From Pseudomonas phage E21, in the sequence record PV596763.1: a stretch of 58,554 nucleotides of DNA; one strand, given 5' to 3'. The position numbers and the translations under genes are program-made. Shown here one piece after another: positions 45,324 through 55,254 of the stretch (position 1 is its first letter; every line of letters begins with the position of its first letter). The notes under the pieces were generated by a model. The model saw only the letters and a list, made by a program, of their open reading frames with translations. It searched no databases and was not told where the DNA came from.

Positions 45324-47012
45324 CTAAACGGTTCGCTCCATCGGAATATTTACGAATACGAGCGTAACTGTGCTTACTCCCCGACTATCAGTTAATCGTT
45401 GGAACTCAATAGAATCTATATCTAAGCGAGTTATCGGCATATAGCATACACGACGAACGTCACTCATTGCAATGTTAGGTAGTGTCTCTGCTAAGAATAG
45501 CCACTCCTCCCCTCGCATAGTTCTACTTGAGATTATCGTATTGTAAAAAACACGGCCGTCAAACAACTCGATCATGATATGTTTTCGGGTGTTCTGGCTA
45601 CTTTGGCCATAAAGCGTGTAGCCCGATGGGTGGACTCTAATCGCACCGTCGTTGGTGTTGATATCCTGTATCAGTTCAAATTCATCTCGGTACGTCGGTA
45701 GATGAAAGGATTTCCATCGGCCATTCATTGTGTGGATCATCTCTACGAATTTGCGCATATCCTCACGGCCGTTAATATGGAACCCGAGTCGTTCCCATTG
45801 TTGCGCTTGACCTCCCGGGTAGGCCATGGAAATACCGCCCACCTGACCATCGAAAAATACCGCATTCGATCCGTATGTAAATGCTATGTCCCTAAAGTTA
45901 GGCTCCATCGTGAACACACGCAATCCGGTATTTTTGTAAACCGGAGCGTCCCACTTCTCAAATATTGTCGGGTCTTCGGTTACGCTGAATTGTAGTTGAG
46001 TCGTGCTAACTTGATCCGTGAGTTGCGATACTTCGGCCGTTAGTTCCACGCGAGATTGTCGCATAGGCGTTATTGTGCTACCGAGAATGAAATCTCTTTG
46101 TAAACCATACCGTAATACGATTTTATTGTCGGAGTATTCTTTGATGACATTCAACTCAAAAGCGAGCATGTCGTAAGGTTCTCTAATGATCACCGTATCA
46201 TTAACGCGTAGCGGTATGTCTTTAAAGTCCCCCAACACTTCCACGGTAGCCACGGTTAGTTTGTTGTCTACGACTTCTTCGTAAAACCATAAGGGGACTA
46301 AACCCTCGTTAGGGCCAACGGCCGTAAGGTATCCGTCAATTAGGTTTCTCGTTACTCCGAAACTAGCAAAACTCGCCGTCAAGTGTTGTCTCGGTTGCTC
46401 TCTTAGTCGTCTACGTTGTTCCGCGCCCGTTTCTGATTGAAGAACGTCAGTGAGCCACGATAGTCCCTCAACTACGCCATCTTTCCAGTTGGGTTTCGGT
46501 AGGAACACCGGCAATTGTAGTCGATTGTCTACCGAGAACGGAGGTCGTGGGGGCATATCTTCCATTTCGATAGGAACGATATTCCCTATGTACTCATTCG
46601 CTCTCGATACTTCAAATACTTCTCCGGTACTATCATGTATCGCGTAGATGAAATACGCTGGCTCATTAGTAGCGTTGGCCGTATACCAGATATCGAATTT
46701 AATTACCGCGTTGGCCGTTATCGAAAATTTTGCGGTAGTGGGCGTAGTCCAAGACCCACCATTGCTAACATTGTCAGCGATGACGGTTCCCTCAAGACCA
46801 ACACCGCCGAAGCCGTTAGCGATCATCGATATCGTATATTCCCCCGCCGGAAAACGAGTCCATTTAGACCCGTAATATTTTTGTCCAACGTCGGGCTTGT
46901 CATAGATTTCTTGGGCGAATATTTGATAAGCCCCCGAAAGGCGGGCGCTCTGCTCTGGCGCCAACCCCTCGGAATTTGTCTCCCTAAACGGCCGTAATCC
47001 TAATAGTGCCAT
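45324..47012 (-). CDS. distal tail protein-like (position of Dit / GTA g12), extended
   Basis: 562 aa, immediately after the tape measure. Confidence 0.4.
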   Translation of the reverse strand: MALLGLRPFRETNSEGLAPEQSARLSGAYQIFAQEIYDKPDVGQKYYGSKWTRFPAGEYTISMIANGFGGVGLEGTVIADNVSNGGSWTTPTTAKFSITANAVIKFDIWYTANATNEPAYFIYAIHDSTGEVFEVSRANEYIGNIVPIEMEDMPPRPPFSVDNRLQLPVFLPKPNWKDGVVEGLSWLTDVLQSETGAEQRRRLREQPRQHLTASFASFGVTRNLIDGYLTAVGPNEGLVPLWFYEEVVDNKLTVATVEVLGDFKDIPLRVNDTVIIREPYDMLAFELNVIKEYSDNKIVLRYGLQRDFILGSTITPMRQSRVELTAEVSQLTDQVSTTQLQFSVTEDPTIFEKWDAPVYKNTGLRVFTMEPNFRDIAFTYGSNAVFFDGQVGGISMAYPGGQAQQWERLGFHINGREDMRKFVEMIHTMNGRWKSFHLPTYRDEFELIQDINTNDGAIRVHPSGYTLYGQSSQNTRKHIMIELFDGRVFYNTIISSRTMRGEEWLFLAETLPNIAMSDVRRVCYMPITRLDIDSIEFQRLTDSRGVSTVTLVFVNIPMERTV

Positions 47013-47017
47013 CGATG

Positions 47018-49396
47018 TTATGTCCTCTTAGAGCTTCCGCGATTTAATATGCTACGGATCGCGGGGGATTTTCTATTTAAGTTAACAATCATAACCTGCT
47101 CGCCCTCGGCCGTTGCCATGGCTTCCGGTATCTTGCTACGGTCATCAACTGCTACTAGTTTGATGTTTGTCGGGCCGGCTTGTCCTCCCGGTCTTGCTGC
47201 CTGTCCGCCATTTGCGATGTTTCTAGGGTCGTTCTTAGATAAAACTTCTTCCCCTCGCTCCAATATCGTCGGTATTTCGTTAGGCTTAATTCCGGGCATT
47301 CCGCCATTATGGAACTTCGGAGCCGATGCAAATGTAGAGGGTGCCACGGTTCTAGACCTACCTCCGCTCCCGACCGCACCGCCGGAGTGTTTTACCGGGG
47401 CTACCACACCGCCCATCGATACTGCTGCTGCTCCTACCCCTCCACCCATGCCGGCTATCGCATTGAGTACCATTTGTTGCATTATCGCCATAGCTATTTG
47501 TTTTAGGAAATCTGCGAAAAACTGAGCCACTGCGACGCCTAGGTTTGCGAATGCGTCTCCGATACTTTCTGCCCCAGTTGCGACTTTAACGATCCCATCA
47601 TAAGCCGAGTTGATCGCCGTGTCGAAACCTCCTAGAACCCCGTTTACAACTTGGCTGTCTAGTTTAGTGAATTCACCCTCAACGCCTTGTAGTTCGGAAC
47701 GTATTTTACTAATACCAGTTGTTATCCGGACTAGTTCTTCTTCACTGAATAATGTAGATGACTGCGCCACTTGGTTGCTAAGAGCGTCTAGTGATGAAGA
47801 TATCGCCCCTATTGACCCCTCATTTATGGCCTTGATCGCGTCAGCTTGTTGCTGGTCATCAATCAAGCCCGCTTTTCTTTTGGCGTTGATTTCTTCAATC
47901 TTGTTCTTTTTGATCTCTAATTGCGCATTAACTGCATCTTGAAGACGCTTAACCTCCTCGACTTGCATTTTCTCTGAGAGATAGAGGTTTGTTTTCTCTC
48001 GTAGCTTCTCCAAGTTGTCGGCCAGTTGTTTGCCCTCTTGCCCGCCTATGGATAGGGCCTCTTTTTTCAACGCATTAATCTTAACGTTTGACTTCTCAAT
48101 CTCCGCGTTAATTCGGTCATCGAGAGACGACTCCGGATCAGCCTTAGTTTGACGTCTGTTAACTTCTGCGTTCATTCTTTCAAGCGCTTGCGTGATAGCA
48201 TCGATCTTGCGCTTACGCTTATCTAGGCCACCGCTAGAACTTTGTTGAGCATTGAATAGCATCGTCTCTGACCGTTTCGCGTGGGCTACTAGGTCGTCGA
48301 TTTGCTTTTTCATCTCGTCGCCCTCTTTGCCACCGATGGCTTTCGCTTTTTCATACATCTTAGCGTATTCTTCATCGATGATTTGTAGGCGTCCTGCGAG
48401 GCTCTTACGTTGGGCTGCTTTTCTGGCTGCTAGGTCGGCTTTCTCCTCCGCGTTCTGGCGTTTCTCGATTTCCTTTTTCAACGCAAGCATGTCGCGGTCT
48501 CTTTGACCTGTTCCCGTTCCGGGGTCTTTCTGGAACTCGAATCCGCTTTGTTTCTTGGCTAACTGTTCTGCAGCCTTGCTCACCAGTTCCATTGAACCGA
48601 TTACGGCTCCGGCGGTCTTTCCGGCATTGTCTGCCACCGTTTCCATGGCTTTTTCGTGGACATAAGATACGTCGCCGGTCATCTTATCCCAATTGTCTAC
48701 GATATCTTTGCTGAGCTTATTAGAAGACTCGAATATCTCACGGTCAGCTTTCGTCAGGTCGTCAGTAATACCCATGACCCATGCGCTTAGTGAGTCCCCC
48801 ACCACTGGTAACATTCCTAACAGGTCTGCCAACCACTTGCCAACTTGTTTGATGGAATCACCGAACAACGTAGTTATTGGCCTAACGAAAGACACTAATA
48901 AATCATATATCGCAGTACCCGGGACTTTCGCATAGTCGATTAGCATCTTGCCTAGGTACTTAGCCCGCTCGATCGTCTCGTCGCAAAACTTCCGGAACGC
49001 TTCGTTGTTCTCGTAGAGAATGGAAACCATATCCCACGCTAACAGGGCCACCCCGACAAACGGTATCGCTCTTAGTAGAAGTTTCAGCGCACCGGTGAGT
49101 AGTCCTGTGCTAGCAATTAGAGATCCGATACCTCCTACCAAGCGTTTTCCTAGAGGCAATACCGTTGAAATGACGCCCTTAACTTCCTTGAATACGGATA
49201 TCAAATTCCGGCCGGTGGATACTAAGACCTTTATCACCTTTATCGATGCTAAGACCTTTAGGGCGTCTATTAGTAGGTCTACATTATCCACGGCCCATAT
49301 CACCCCGTCGGCAATCGCGGAGAACGCTGTTCCGAGTTTTTCGGCTGCTTCTTTACCTCGGTCTGATGTTATGAACTCCGTCAGTTTCTCCAACAT
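47018..49396 (-). CDS. tail tape measure protein, C-terminal segment (frame 3 of 3)
   Basis: 792 aa. Coiled-coil middle, Gly-rich C-terminal region. Frame also open upstream of the listed Met. Confidence 0.7.
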   Translation of the reverse strand: MLEKLTEFITSDRGKEAAEKLGTAFSAIADGVIWAVDNVDLLIDALKVLASIKVIKVLVSTGRNLISVFKEVKGVISTVLPLGKRLVGGIGSLIASTGLLTGALKLLLRAIPFVGVALLAWDMVSILYENNEAFRKFCDETIERAKYLGKMLIDYAKVPGTAIYDLLVSFVRPITTLFGDSIKQVGKWLADLLGMLPVVGDSLSAWVMGITDDLTKADREIFESSNKLSKDIVDNWDKMTGDVSYVHEKAMETVADNAGKTAGAVIGSMELVSKAAEQLAKKQSGFEFQKDPGTGTGQRDRDMLALKKEIEKRQNAEEKADLAARKAAQRKSLAGRLQIIDEEYAKMYEKAKAIGGKEGDEMKKQIDDLVAHAKRSETMLFNAQQSSSGGLDKRKRKIDAITQALERMNAEVNRRQTKADPESSLDDRINAEIEKSNVKINALKKEALSIGGQEGKQLADNLEKLREKTNLYLSEKMQVEEVKRLQDAVNAQLEIKKNKIEEINAKRKAGLIDDQQQADAIKAINEGSIGAISSSLDALSNQVAQSSTLFSEEELVRITTGISKIRSELQGVEGEFTKLDSQVVNGVLGGFDTAINSAYDGIVKVATGAESIGDAFANLGVAVAQFFADFLKQIAMAIMQQMVLNAIAGMGGGVGAAAVSMGGVVAPVKHSGGAVGSGGRSRTVAPSTFASAPKFHNGGMPGIKPNEIPTILERGEEVLSKNDPRNIANGGQAARPGGQAGPTNIKLVAVDDRSKIPEAMATAEGEQVMIVNLNRKSPAIRSILNRGSSKRT

Positions 49397-49872
49397 CGAG
49401 GTATACGCTTCGATAAACCCGGATTCAGCGAGCGAGCGTTCAACATTCCGTTTGCTGCGCGGGCTTCGATTGCGTCAACGGACTGAACCGCTTTCGACAA
49501 CTGGCCTTCCACGGCTTTATTGATCTCGGTCGCAAAGTTAAGCATCGACTTCGCTTTGATCTCGCCGTTTTCCATTGCCTTCATAAACTGGTCTACGGTC
49601 ATCTTTTCGCCTTTCGCGAATAGCGCCACCGCACCCGGAAGTCGTTCACCTAATTGCTGTTTAAGTTCTTCCGCGTATACCTGACCTTTTGACATCATCT
49701 GTTCAAGGGCCAAAAATACGCCGTTCATGTCGTCAGCAGATAAGTGGTACACCCGCGACATCTTGGCGTACTGACTCGTAAATGTATTTGTATTCTTCGG
49801 CGGACATTCCGACGGTACTTGATGCCACGGCAAATTTAGAATACGACTTCGCGAGGATATCGATACGGACAC
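49381..49872 (-). CDS. tape measure protein, middle segment (frame 2 of 3)
   Basis: Contains DMNGVFLALEQMMSKGQVYAEELKQQLGERLPGAVALFAKG typical of the TMP core. Overlaps the flanking segments by 140 and 16 nt. Confidence 0.6.
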   Translation of the reverse strand: MSVSISSRSRILNLPWHQVPSECPPKNTNTFTSQYAKMSRVYHLSADDMNGVFLALEQMMSKGQVYAEELKQQLGERLPGAVALFAKGEKMTVDQFMKAMENGEIKAKSMLNFATEINKAVEGQLSKAVQSVDAIEARAANGMLNARSLNPGLSKRIPRCWRN

Positions 49873-51346
49873 CGAGCTTTTCTGAAAGGTCGAGCATATA
49901 TTGCCACTCTTTCAATTGCTTCGATTCGTCCGGCCGCCCGACGATAGTCCCCATTTTTACCATTGCTTGTTGTTTGACTTTGAACGCGTCAATTGAGTTT
50001 CCGGCGAGGTCGATCGCGCCTTGGAAGCCTATGTAAGCCGACGCAAGGCCCAACACCTCGCCTCGCATTCTCTGCGTGAATGACAGCGTTGTACGGCCTT
50101 CGTCCCGGAAGAATGAAAAGGCTTTGCCGGAAGATCGGGCGTTGCCGGACAACCGCTCTAACGATGCTCGGAGGTTATTAATACCGCCCACCGAGTTTTG
50201 TACTAATCCCCGGAGTCGTTGTTGTTCCGCTCCTAGGTTTCTAGTATCAATACCGGCTGACCGTAACGCGGATTGAGTCTGTCTAGCGGAAGCCGTTTCA
50301 TTCCGTAACGCTTGGCTTGCTTCGCGTAGTCGAGCATTAGACGCTTGAAGTTTTGCGCCCATCTCGGCATTCGCTGTGCCGGCTTGTCTTACCTGATTTG
50401 CTAAGTTCTTAGCGTCGGCCTGTGCTGATCGGTATTCCGCTCTCGCTTTTCTCACCGCTTCGGTTTGACGTTGGAACGTCTCGATCATGCGGGACATTCC
50501 TATCGCAGATTTCGCGGAGGCTTCTAGGGCCTTTAGGTCTGAATTCATACCGCTAGCGTCTTTGCGCCAACGTTTTGATGCCGTAGCTAAATCGTTTATC
50601 TGTTTTTCTAGCGTGCCTATCTTACGTCTAGCTGCTTCCGCCGGGGCCATCAAGTCAGCCATTTGCCCGGACATTGACGGTAGTGACGAAATTACTCGGC
50701 CAAGTGTTTGATAGCCTTTCGTGCTCGCTACCAGTTGGTTTGCTTGTAGCTTCAAACTTGCTAGTAGTTGGGCGTGGGCTTTCTGAGCGCGCGTCGGTAC
50801 GTCACCGATGATCTTCTCTTGGCGGGCTAACGCTTGGTTTGTCCGGGTTACTTCATCGCGTATTCTTTTCTGTGCGGTCGCAATGTCATTAGACGAAATC
50901 CCGAAACGAGATAGTTCCTTGGCGGTCTTTTGTACGCTCTTGGTCGACCGGTCTTGTTGGTCGGTCAAACGCTTTACCGCTCGTTCTGCTTTGTCTAAGT
51001 CGGACTGCATTTTCTTAGTGACATTAGACGCACCGTTCATAGCGGAGGAAAGGTCACTATGTTTTTTCTTGGCTTCGGCCAATTGAGTGTTTACCTTATT
51101 AAGCGCCTCTTTCTGGCGGGTAAACATCTCTGTTAAAGAATTAAGCCGGAGCAATTGTTGTCCGGCATTCTCTAATTTCTTATATTGTTGTTCTAGTTCT
51201 CTGACCGAAGCGTCACCTCGTTTCGCTGCGTCCGCGTTACGGGTCTGCGCCGATGTTAAGTCATCTAACGTCTTTGATACTTGCTTTAGCGTTTTCTGAC
51301 TATCATCTCTGGCTCTGATCCGTAGTTCTACGTCTCTATTTGCCAC
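49733..51346 (-). CDS. tape measure protein, N-terminal segment (frame 1 of 3)
   Basis: 537 aa. GTG start. Coiled-coil rich. Confidence 0.65.
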   Translation of the reverse strand: MANRDVELRIRARDDSQKTLKQVSKTLDDLTSAQTRNADAAKRGDASVRELEQQYKKLENAGQQLLRLNSLTEMFTRQKEALNKVNTQLAEAKKKHSDLSSAMNGASNVTKKMQSDLDKAERAVKRLTDQQDRSTKSVQKTAKELSRFGISSNDIATAQKRIRDEVTRTNQALARQEKIIGDVPTRAQKAHAQLLASLKLQANQLVASTKGYQTLGRVISSLPSMSGQMADLMAPAEAARRKIGTLEKQINDLATASKRWRKDASGMNSDLKALEASAKSAIGMSRMIETFQRQTEAVRKARAEYRSAQADAKNLANQVRQAGTANAEMGAKLQASNARLREASQALRNETASARQTQSALRSAGIDTRNLGAEQQRLRGLVQNSVGGINNLRASLERLSGNARSSGKAFSFFRDEGRTTLSFTQRMRGEVLGLASAYIGFQGAIDLAGNSIDAFKVKQQAMVKMGTIVGRPDESKQLKEWQYMLDLSEKLGVRIDILAKSYSKFAVASSTVGMSAEEYKYIYESVRQDVAGVPLIC

Positions 51347-51596
51347 CTTGTAGCCCCTTTATCGTCTTGTTGAAAATCTTAGCGCCCTCTTTCCCCCATA
51401 CGGCGGAGGCGATACATTGTTGCATTAATATTGCTTCCGTTGCTATTTGATTATTAACTCGCTTGATAACAATGTCTACTTCGGCCTGTACCATGCCGAT
51501 CGGGTAGTGTCGTGCGAACGTATGACCGTGGGACAGGAGGAGGCTAACCCCCTCCCTGATTTTCTCCGCATAGGAGATGAAAAAGTTTAACCCTTT
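51336..51596 (-). CDS. T-like extension reached by -1 frameshift from the G-like chaperone (G-T fusion)
   Basis: -1 frame is open for about 85 codons from the slippery site G AAA AAG (plus-strand 51593-51599) to TAG at 51336-51338. That TAG overlaps the TMP GTG start. Confidence 0.45.
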   Translation of the reverse strand, partial: KGLNFFISYAEKIREGVSLLLSHGHTFARHYPIGMVQAEVDIVIKRVNNQIATEAILMQQCIASAVWGKEGAKIFNKTIKGLQGGK

Positions 51597-52099
51597 TTCT
51601 TGGCTTTCTTGGCCGGAACTGTTTTCCCGTTCGCTTCTCCCACTTTCTCCATTACGTTCGCCATGATCTTTTTTAGCGTAGCAATGTCCGAGAAAGTTAA
51701 CTCAAATACGGCCATCATTAAATCGTATTGCGCCGTTATCGGTAGGAGGGAGGCTTTATCGGCCATGGTAGGTTCGTCCGCAGAAACCGCGATAATGCTA
51801 CTAATTAGCCCCGGTGCGGAGGATATCAGGGTGAGCAAGTAGTTAGCGAATACTAAACTATCTAATTCTTTCCCGGCCCCAACTCCTTGTGAATATAAGT
51901 CGAATACGCCGTCTAAATCTTGGGCGTGTAACTGGATTAATCGAGAGATATCGTTTAGTGATAAGCCTCTAACTTCGATGGAAATAGAATCATTGATAGT
52001 TACGCTTTTTTTCGTTGGTTCGAATGCGGATAATGACATTGTGATTACCTCAATAGTTGTTGACCTGAGTAGTTTATCCGCTGACAGGAAATATTTCAA
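51587..52099 (-). CDS. tail assembly chaperone, lambda gpG-like
   Basis: 170 aa. Immediately upstream of the TMP. Ends ...PAKKAKKKG on a lysine-codon slippery run. Confidence 0.55.
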   Translation of the reverse strand: MKYFLSADKLLRSTTIEVITMSLSAFEPTKKSVTINDSISIEVRGLSLNDISRLIQLHAQDLDGVFDLYSQGVGAGKELDSLVFANYLLTLISSAPGLISSIIAVSADEPTMADKASLLPITAQYDLMMAVFELTFSDIATLKKIMANVMEKVGEANGKTVPAKKAKKKG

Positions 52100-52177
52100 A
52101 CGTTAAAACAAAAAAGACGCCCGGAGGCGCCTTATATTATCCTAATTACAAATACGCGTATCCGAGGGTACGTGGCG

Positions 52178-53365
52178 TTACTTTGGGTTAACGGTAACTT
52201 CCTCCGTCGCACTTCCTCCGTCGCTATCGGTTACTGTTATCGTAACTTTTGTCGCGGAACCGGACACGGGGCCTACCGTAAGATTCACAGTGGCCTCTCC
52301 CGTAACCCCGTCTGTCTCTACACCGTCAGGGTGACTATCGGCCAGTTCCACCTCGTCGGAGCTAAAGGCAAAGACCACTTTTGTTTTTCTCGGAGCGCCG
52401 TCTTTCGTAGCTTTTACCTTAGCTACTAAAGTATCACCCTCAGTACCGGAGGTCGGAGTAACGCTAAGAGTTAGACGGTATTCCGGCTCCGGATCAGGCT
52501 TTGGGGGCGTAGATGCTCTTGCCATCGCTGACTCGATGTAAACCTGCTCCACTTTGCGGTTTTTGCGAAGAACGCTAAAGGTAAACCCAATTTGTTGCCA
52601 GTCGTCACCTTTAAGTGCATAGTCTCCGTCAGGTTGTAACATGACTTTGGGCCAGTAGAAATCTTTCGCGCTACCTACCGGGTTAGCTGACAAGAATCGC
52701 AGTGAGCCGTAGATCATGCGGTTACGGGCAATGATGATTTCGCGAGCCTGCGCCTCGATGTCATACTGGACTACTAACTGCTGACCGTTTTTAATTTCAG
52801 TAGCGGTAGGTTCGATATAGATACGTCCTAACTCTAGGTCGTAGTCGATCTGGCCGGCAAAATTTACTTTAGTTACACCGTCGATAGTTGACACATCGCC
52901 ATCGCCTAGGTTGATGGTTGTATCACCGTCCGCCACGTAAACTAACAGATTCTCGATGTTACGAACGCCCATCGGTAGGATATCCGTTGTGCCGAGTTGG
53001 TAGTGACGACCTAATGCCACGTTTTCGAATACTTCTTTGTTGCCTGTCACCTGAGTCTGAGTAACATGCGTTTTGTCCCCTAGGAAGAACAACGCTAGGT
53101 TGTCCGCGGAGATATGGTCGGTTGTGAATGAACCAGAACGGGAATGCTCTAGCATCACGGTTAGGTCTTTTTCACGCATACCATAATCAGACGAATAATG
53201 GTCTAACGTTTCTGTGTCAGAAGATAGTGATAACTCCGGGGTATTACCGAAATACATTTCGCCATGCTCGGAGTTGTTACAACCGTCGACGAACTTGTCG
53301 AAGAATAGTCGACCACGCCCTACGACGTAATTCTGGTCGTTGCTGCTTGTACATGGTTGTGCCAT
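52178..53365 (-). CDS. major tail protein (gpV-like) with C-terminal Ig-like (Big_2-type) domain
   Basis: 395 aa. Position upstream of the chaperone. C-terminal ~100 aa T/S/G/V-rich beta-sandwich-like repeat. Confidence 0.6.
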   Translation of the reverse strand: MAQPCTSSNDQNYVVGRGRLFFDKFVDGCNNSEHGEMYFGNTPELSLSSDTETLDHYSSDYGMREKDLTVMLEHSRSGSFTTDHISADNLALFFLGDKTHVTQTQVTGNKEVFENVALGRHYQLGTTDILPMGVRNIENLLVYVADGDTTINLGDGDVSTIDGVTKVNFAGQIDYDLELGRIYIEPTATEIKNGQQLVVQYDIEAQAREIIIARNRMIYGSLRFLSANPVGSAKDFYWPKVMLQPDGDYALKGDDWQQIGFTFSVLRKNRKVEQVYIESAMARASTPPKPDPEPEYRLTLSVTPTSGTEGDTLVAKVKATKDGAPRKTKVVFAFSSDEVELADSHPDGVETDGVTGEATVNLTVGPVSGSATKVTITVTDSDGGSATEEVTVNPK

Positions 53366-53368
53366 GGT

Positions 53369-53881
53369 TTACCCTCTTGCTTGATTAGTGATACCGATTA
53401 CTATCGGGAGGTAGAAAAACGCCTTAGATGATACCTCAACTTCGCTTGGTCTGACAACCTCGTCACCTAAAGTTAATTCAAAAATCCGCCCACCTAGTCG
53501 ATAATACTCCGGGTATAGCGGTTTACCGGTCTCCGGCCGTACCGCATTAATCTTTTGTAACGCACATATTACGTCTTGTACTAGCTCGTATACCGGGTCG
53601 GTTTCTTGTTTAGGGTCTATCGGGTCGACCCACCCTTGTATTAATAGGTTCCAGCCGGTTTTGTTTATGATCTTGAAGTCATCAGCGTAATCAGCGTAAT
53701 TAGCCCCTTTCGCTTCAAGTATACTCACCAAAGGTACGGGGTCGTTATCTCCGAAAACGGTTCTACCGCGATAGACACTTCCGGCCAAACTATACGGCCG
53801 TATATTTTCGTTACCGTCCGATGATACTGTTTCTAGTAGAGACGTTAGTGCTTTTAGTATTTCTAATTTTTTACTTGCCAT
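53369..53881 (-). CDS. tail terminator (gpU-like), by position
   Basis: 170 aa. Confidence 0.4.
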   Translation of the reverse strand: MASKKLEILKALTSLLETVSSDGNENIRPYSLAGSVYRGRTVFGDNDPVPLVSILEAKGANYADYADDFKIINKTGWNLLIQGWVDPIDPKQETDPVYELVQDVICALQKINAVRPETGKPLYPEYYRLGGRIFELTLGDEVVRPSEVEVSSKAFFYLPIVIGITNQARG

Positions 53882-54488
53882 TGCTTAATCTCTCAAACTG
53901 CCGGAAGAACTCGCCTTCAACTAACTTCGCGATCTGAGGTGACACTTTTCCAGCCGTAGTTTCCATAACCTGATTTACCGATGGAGCGTAAAGGAGGGCC
54001 ACTCGCCCGGGAACAAGCCACGCTTTGTGGGCGCTTGCTTTGTTGTTAAGTTTCTCCCCGGGAGAGAGACGAACTGCTAGTCCGGTGTTGTAATTGTCTT
54101 CTGACATACTCGCACCTGCTTTCAGTTTAACAAGAAACGCTTTCTTAAGAAAGGTTGTTCTCCCCCGACGAACTTTAACTGTTACCCCGGACTTACCCAT
54201 CGTTCCGGAGGTGGCAAAACGCGCTAGGCTGGTGGCCCTTTTCCTCGCGAGTATTGTCGCTTCTAGTTTATTGTCTGAGGCGTATCGAGCCACTTTCAGT
54301 CTGTCACCTTTTAGGTATCCCCTAGGGAAACTTATCTCGGCCAACATTCCGTCCCGCAACGCTTTCATACCAGACCGGCGGACTACCGTATTTATCGCTA
54401 AACGCATAGACCGCGCCGTCATCTTCGGCATACCGTCGAAATACAGTTTTAACGCATTAACGCCCACCGTCTCCACCGATATCGCCAT
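53871..54488 (-). CDS. tail completion protein (gpZ-like), by position
   Basis: 205 aa. Confidence 0.35.
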   Translation of the reverse strand: MAISVETVGVNALKLYFDGMPKMTARSMRLAINTVVRRSGMKALRDGMLAEISFPRGYLKGDRLKVARYASDNKLEATILARKRATSLARFATSGTMGKSGVTVKVRRGRTTFLKKAFLVKLKAGASMSEDNYNTGLAVRLSPGEKLNNKASAHKAWLVPGRVALLYAPSVNQVMETTAGKVSPQIAKLVEGEFFRQFERLSNGK

Positions 54489-54490
54489 GA

Positions 54491-54844
54491 TTATATCCTT
54501 TTAACTTGCCACTTTGATTCGACCGGGCCGTTGTACGGCTCTTGCGCTACCAACGACACTCGGATATCTTCGAATCCCGGGTCTGTCAATTGAATGATAT
54601 TTCCGTATGCTAGTACGACACCTTTTTCTTTAAGTTCGTCTCTATCGAAAATCATTCGGTCTACTCCGTCAATAACTTCTGAGTACCCCGCTTCCATGAG
54701 ATCGCCCATGATTGCTATCTTATTGTGATATCGGACATACAGGGCGACCGGCTCCTGATTTCCTCTTATCAAGATAGCAGATAGGCGAAAGGCGGAATGA
54801 ACCGCCTTTCTCATTTTATATTTTTGTCTAGCCCAAGCGGTCAT
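54491..54844 (-). CDS. head-tail connector protein (gpFII-like), by position
   Basis: 117 aa. Confidence 0.35.
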   Translation of the reverse strand: MTAWARQKYKMRKAVHSAFRLSAILIRGNQEPVALYVRYHNKIAIMGDLMEAGYSEVIDGVDRMIFDRDELKEKGVVLAYGNIIQLTDPGFEDIRVSLVAQEPYNGPVESKWQVKRI

Positions 54845-55191
54845 TATAGATCGTCGTCAGCGTCGGTCTTCGCTTTGGCTCCTTTCTTATTGCTCTTTGC
54901 CGTGTCTGCGGATTTAGCTTGTTCGGCTGCGAGTTCTGCACGGGCTTGTTCTAGTGCTTCTCGTTTGATGGCTTCCATATCAACCGTCTTTTCGACGAGG
55001 GCCTTTGCCACAGATTGATTAATCTTAATGTGGCCGATAGCGCTAGGGTTAGTTGCGTTAATCTGTTCTAACTCGGAGGTTGTTAGCTCAACTACATCGC
55101 CAATGGCCGGAACGAATTGCTGGCCGTTACGACGTAAGATGATCGTTTGAAGCGCCACGCGTTGTACTACTGTTTCTTTGGTCTCTGACAT
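54844..55191 (-). CDS. DNA packaging/head completion protein (gpFI-like), by position
   Basis: 115 aa with an acidic C-terminus. Confidence 0.3.
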   Translation of the reverse strand: MSETKETVVQRVALQTIILRRNGQQFVPAIGDVVELTTSELEQINATNPSAIGHIKINQSVAKALVEKTVDMEAIKREALEQARAELAAEQAKSADTAKSNKKGAKAKTDADDDL

Positions 55192-55254
55192 GATATTTTC
55201 TCAACTTGAATTCAATTTCGGGCGGTCATCTGACCACCCGCATATTAGTATTAC

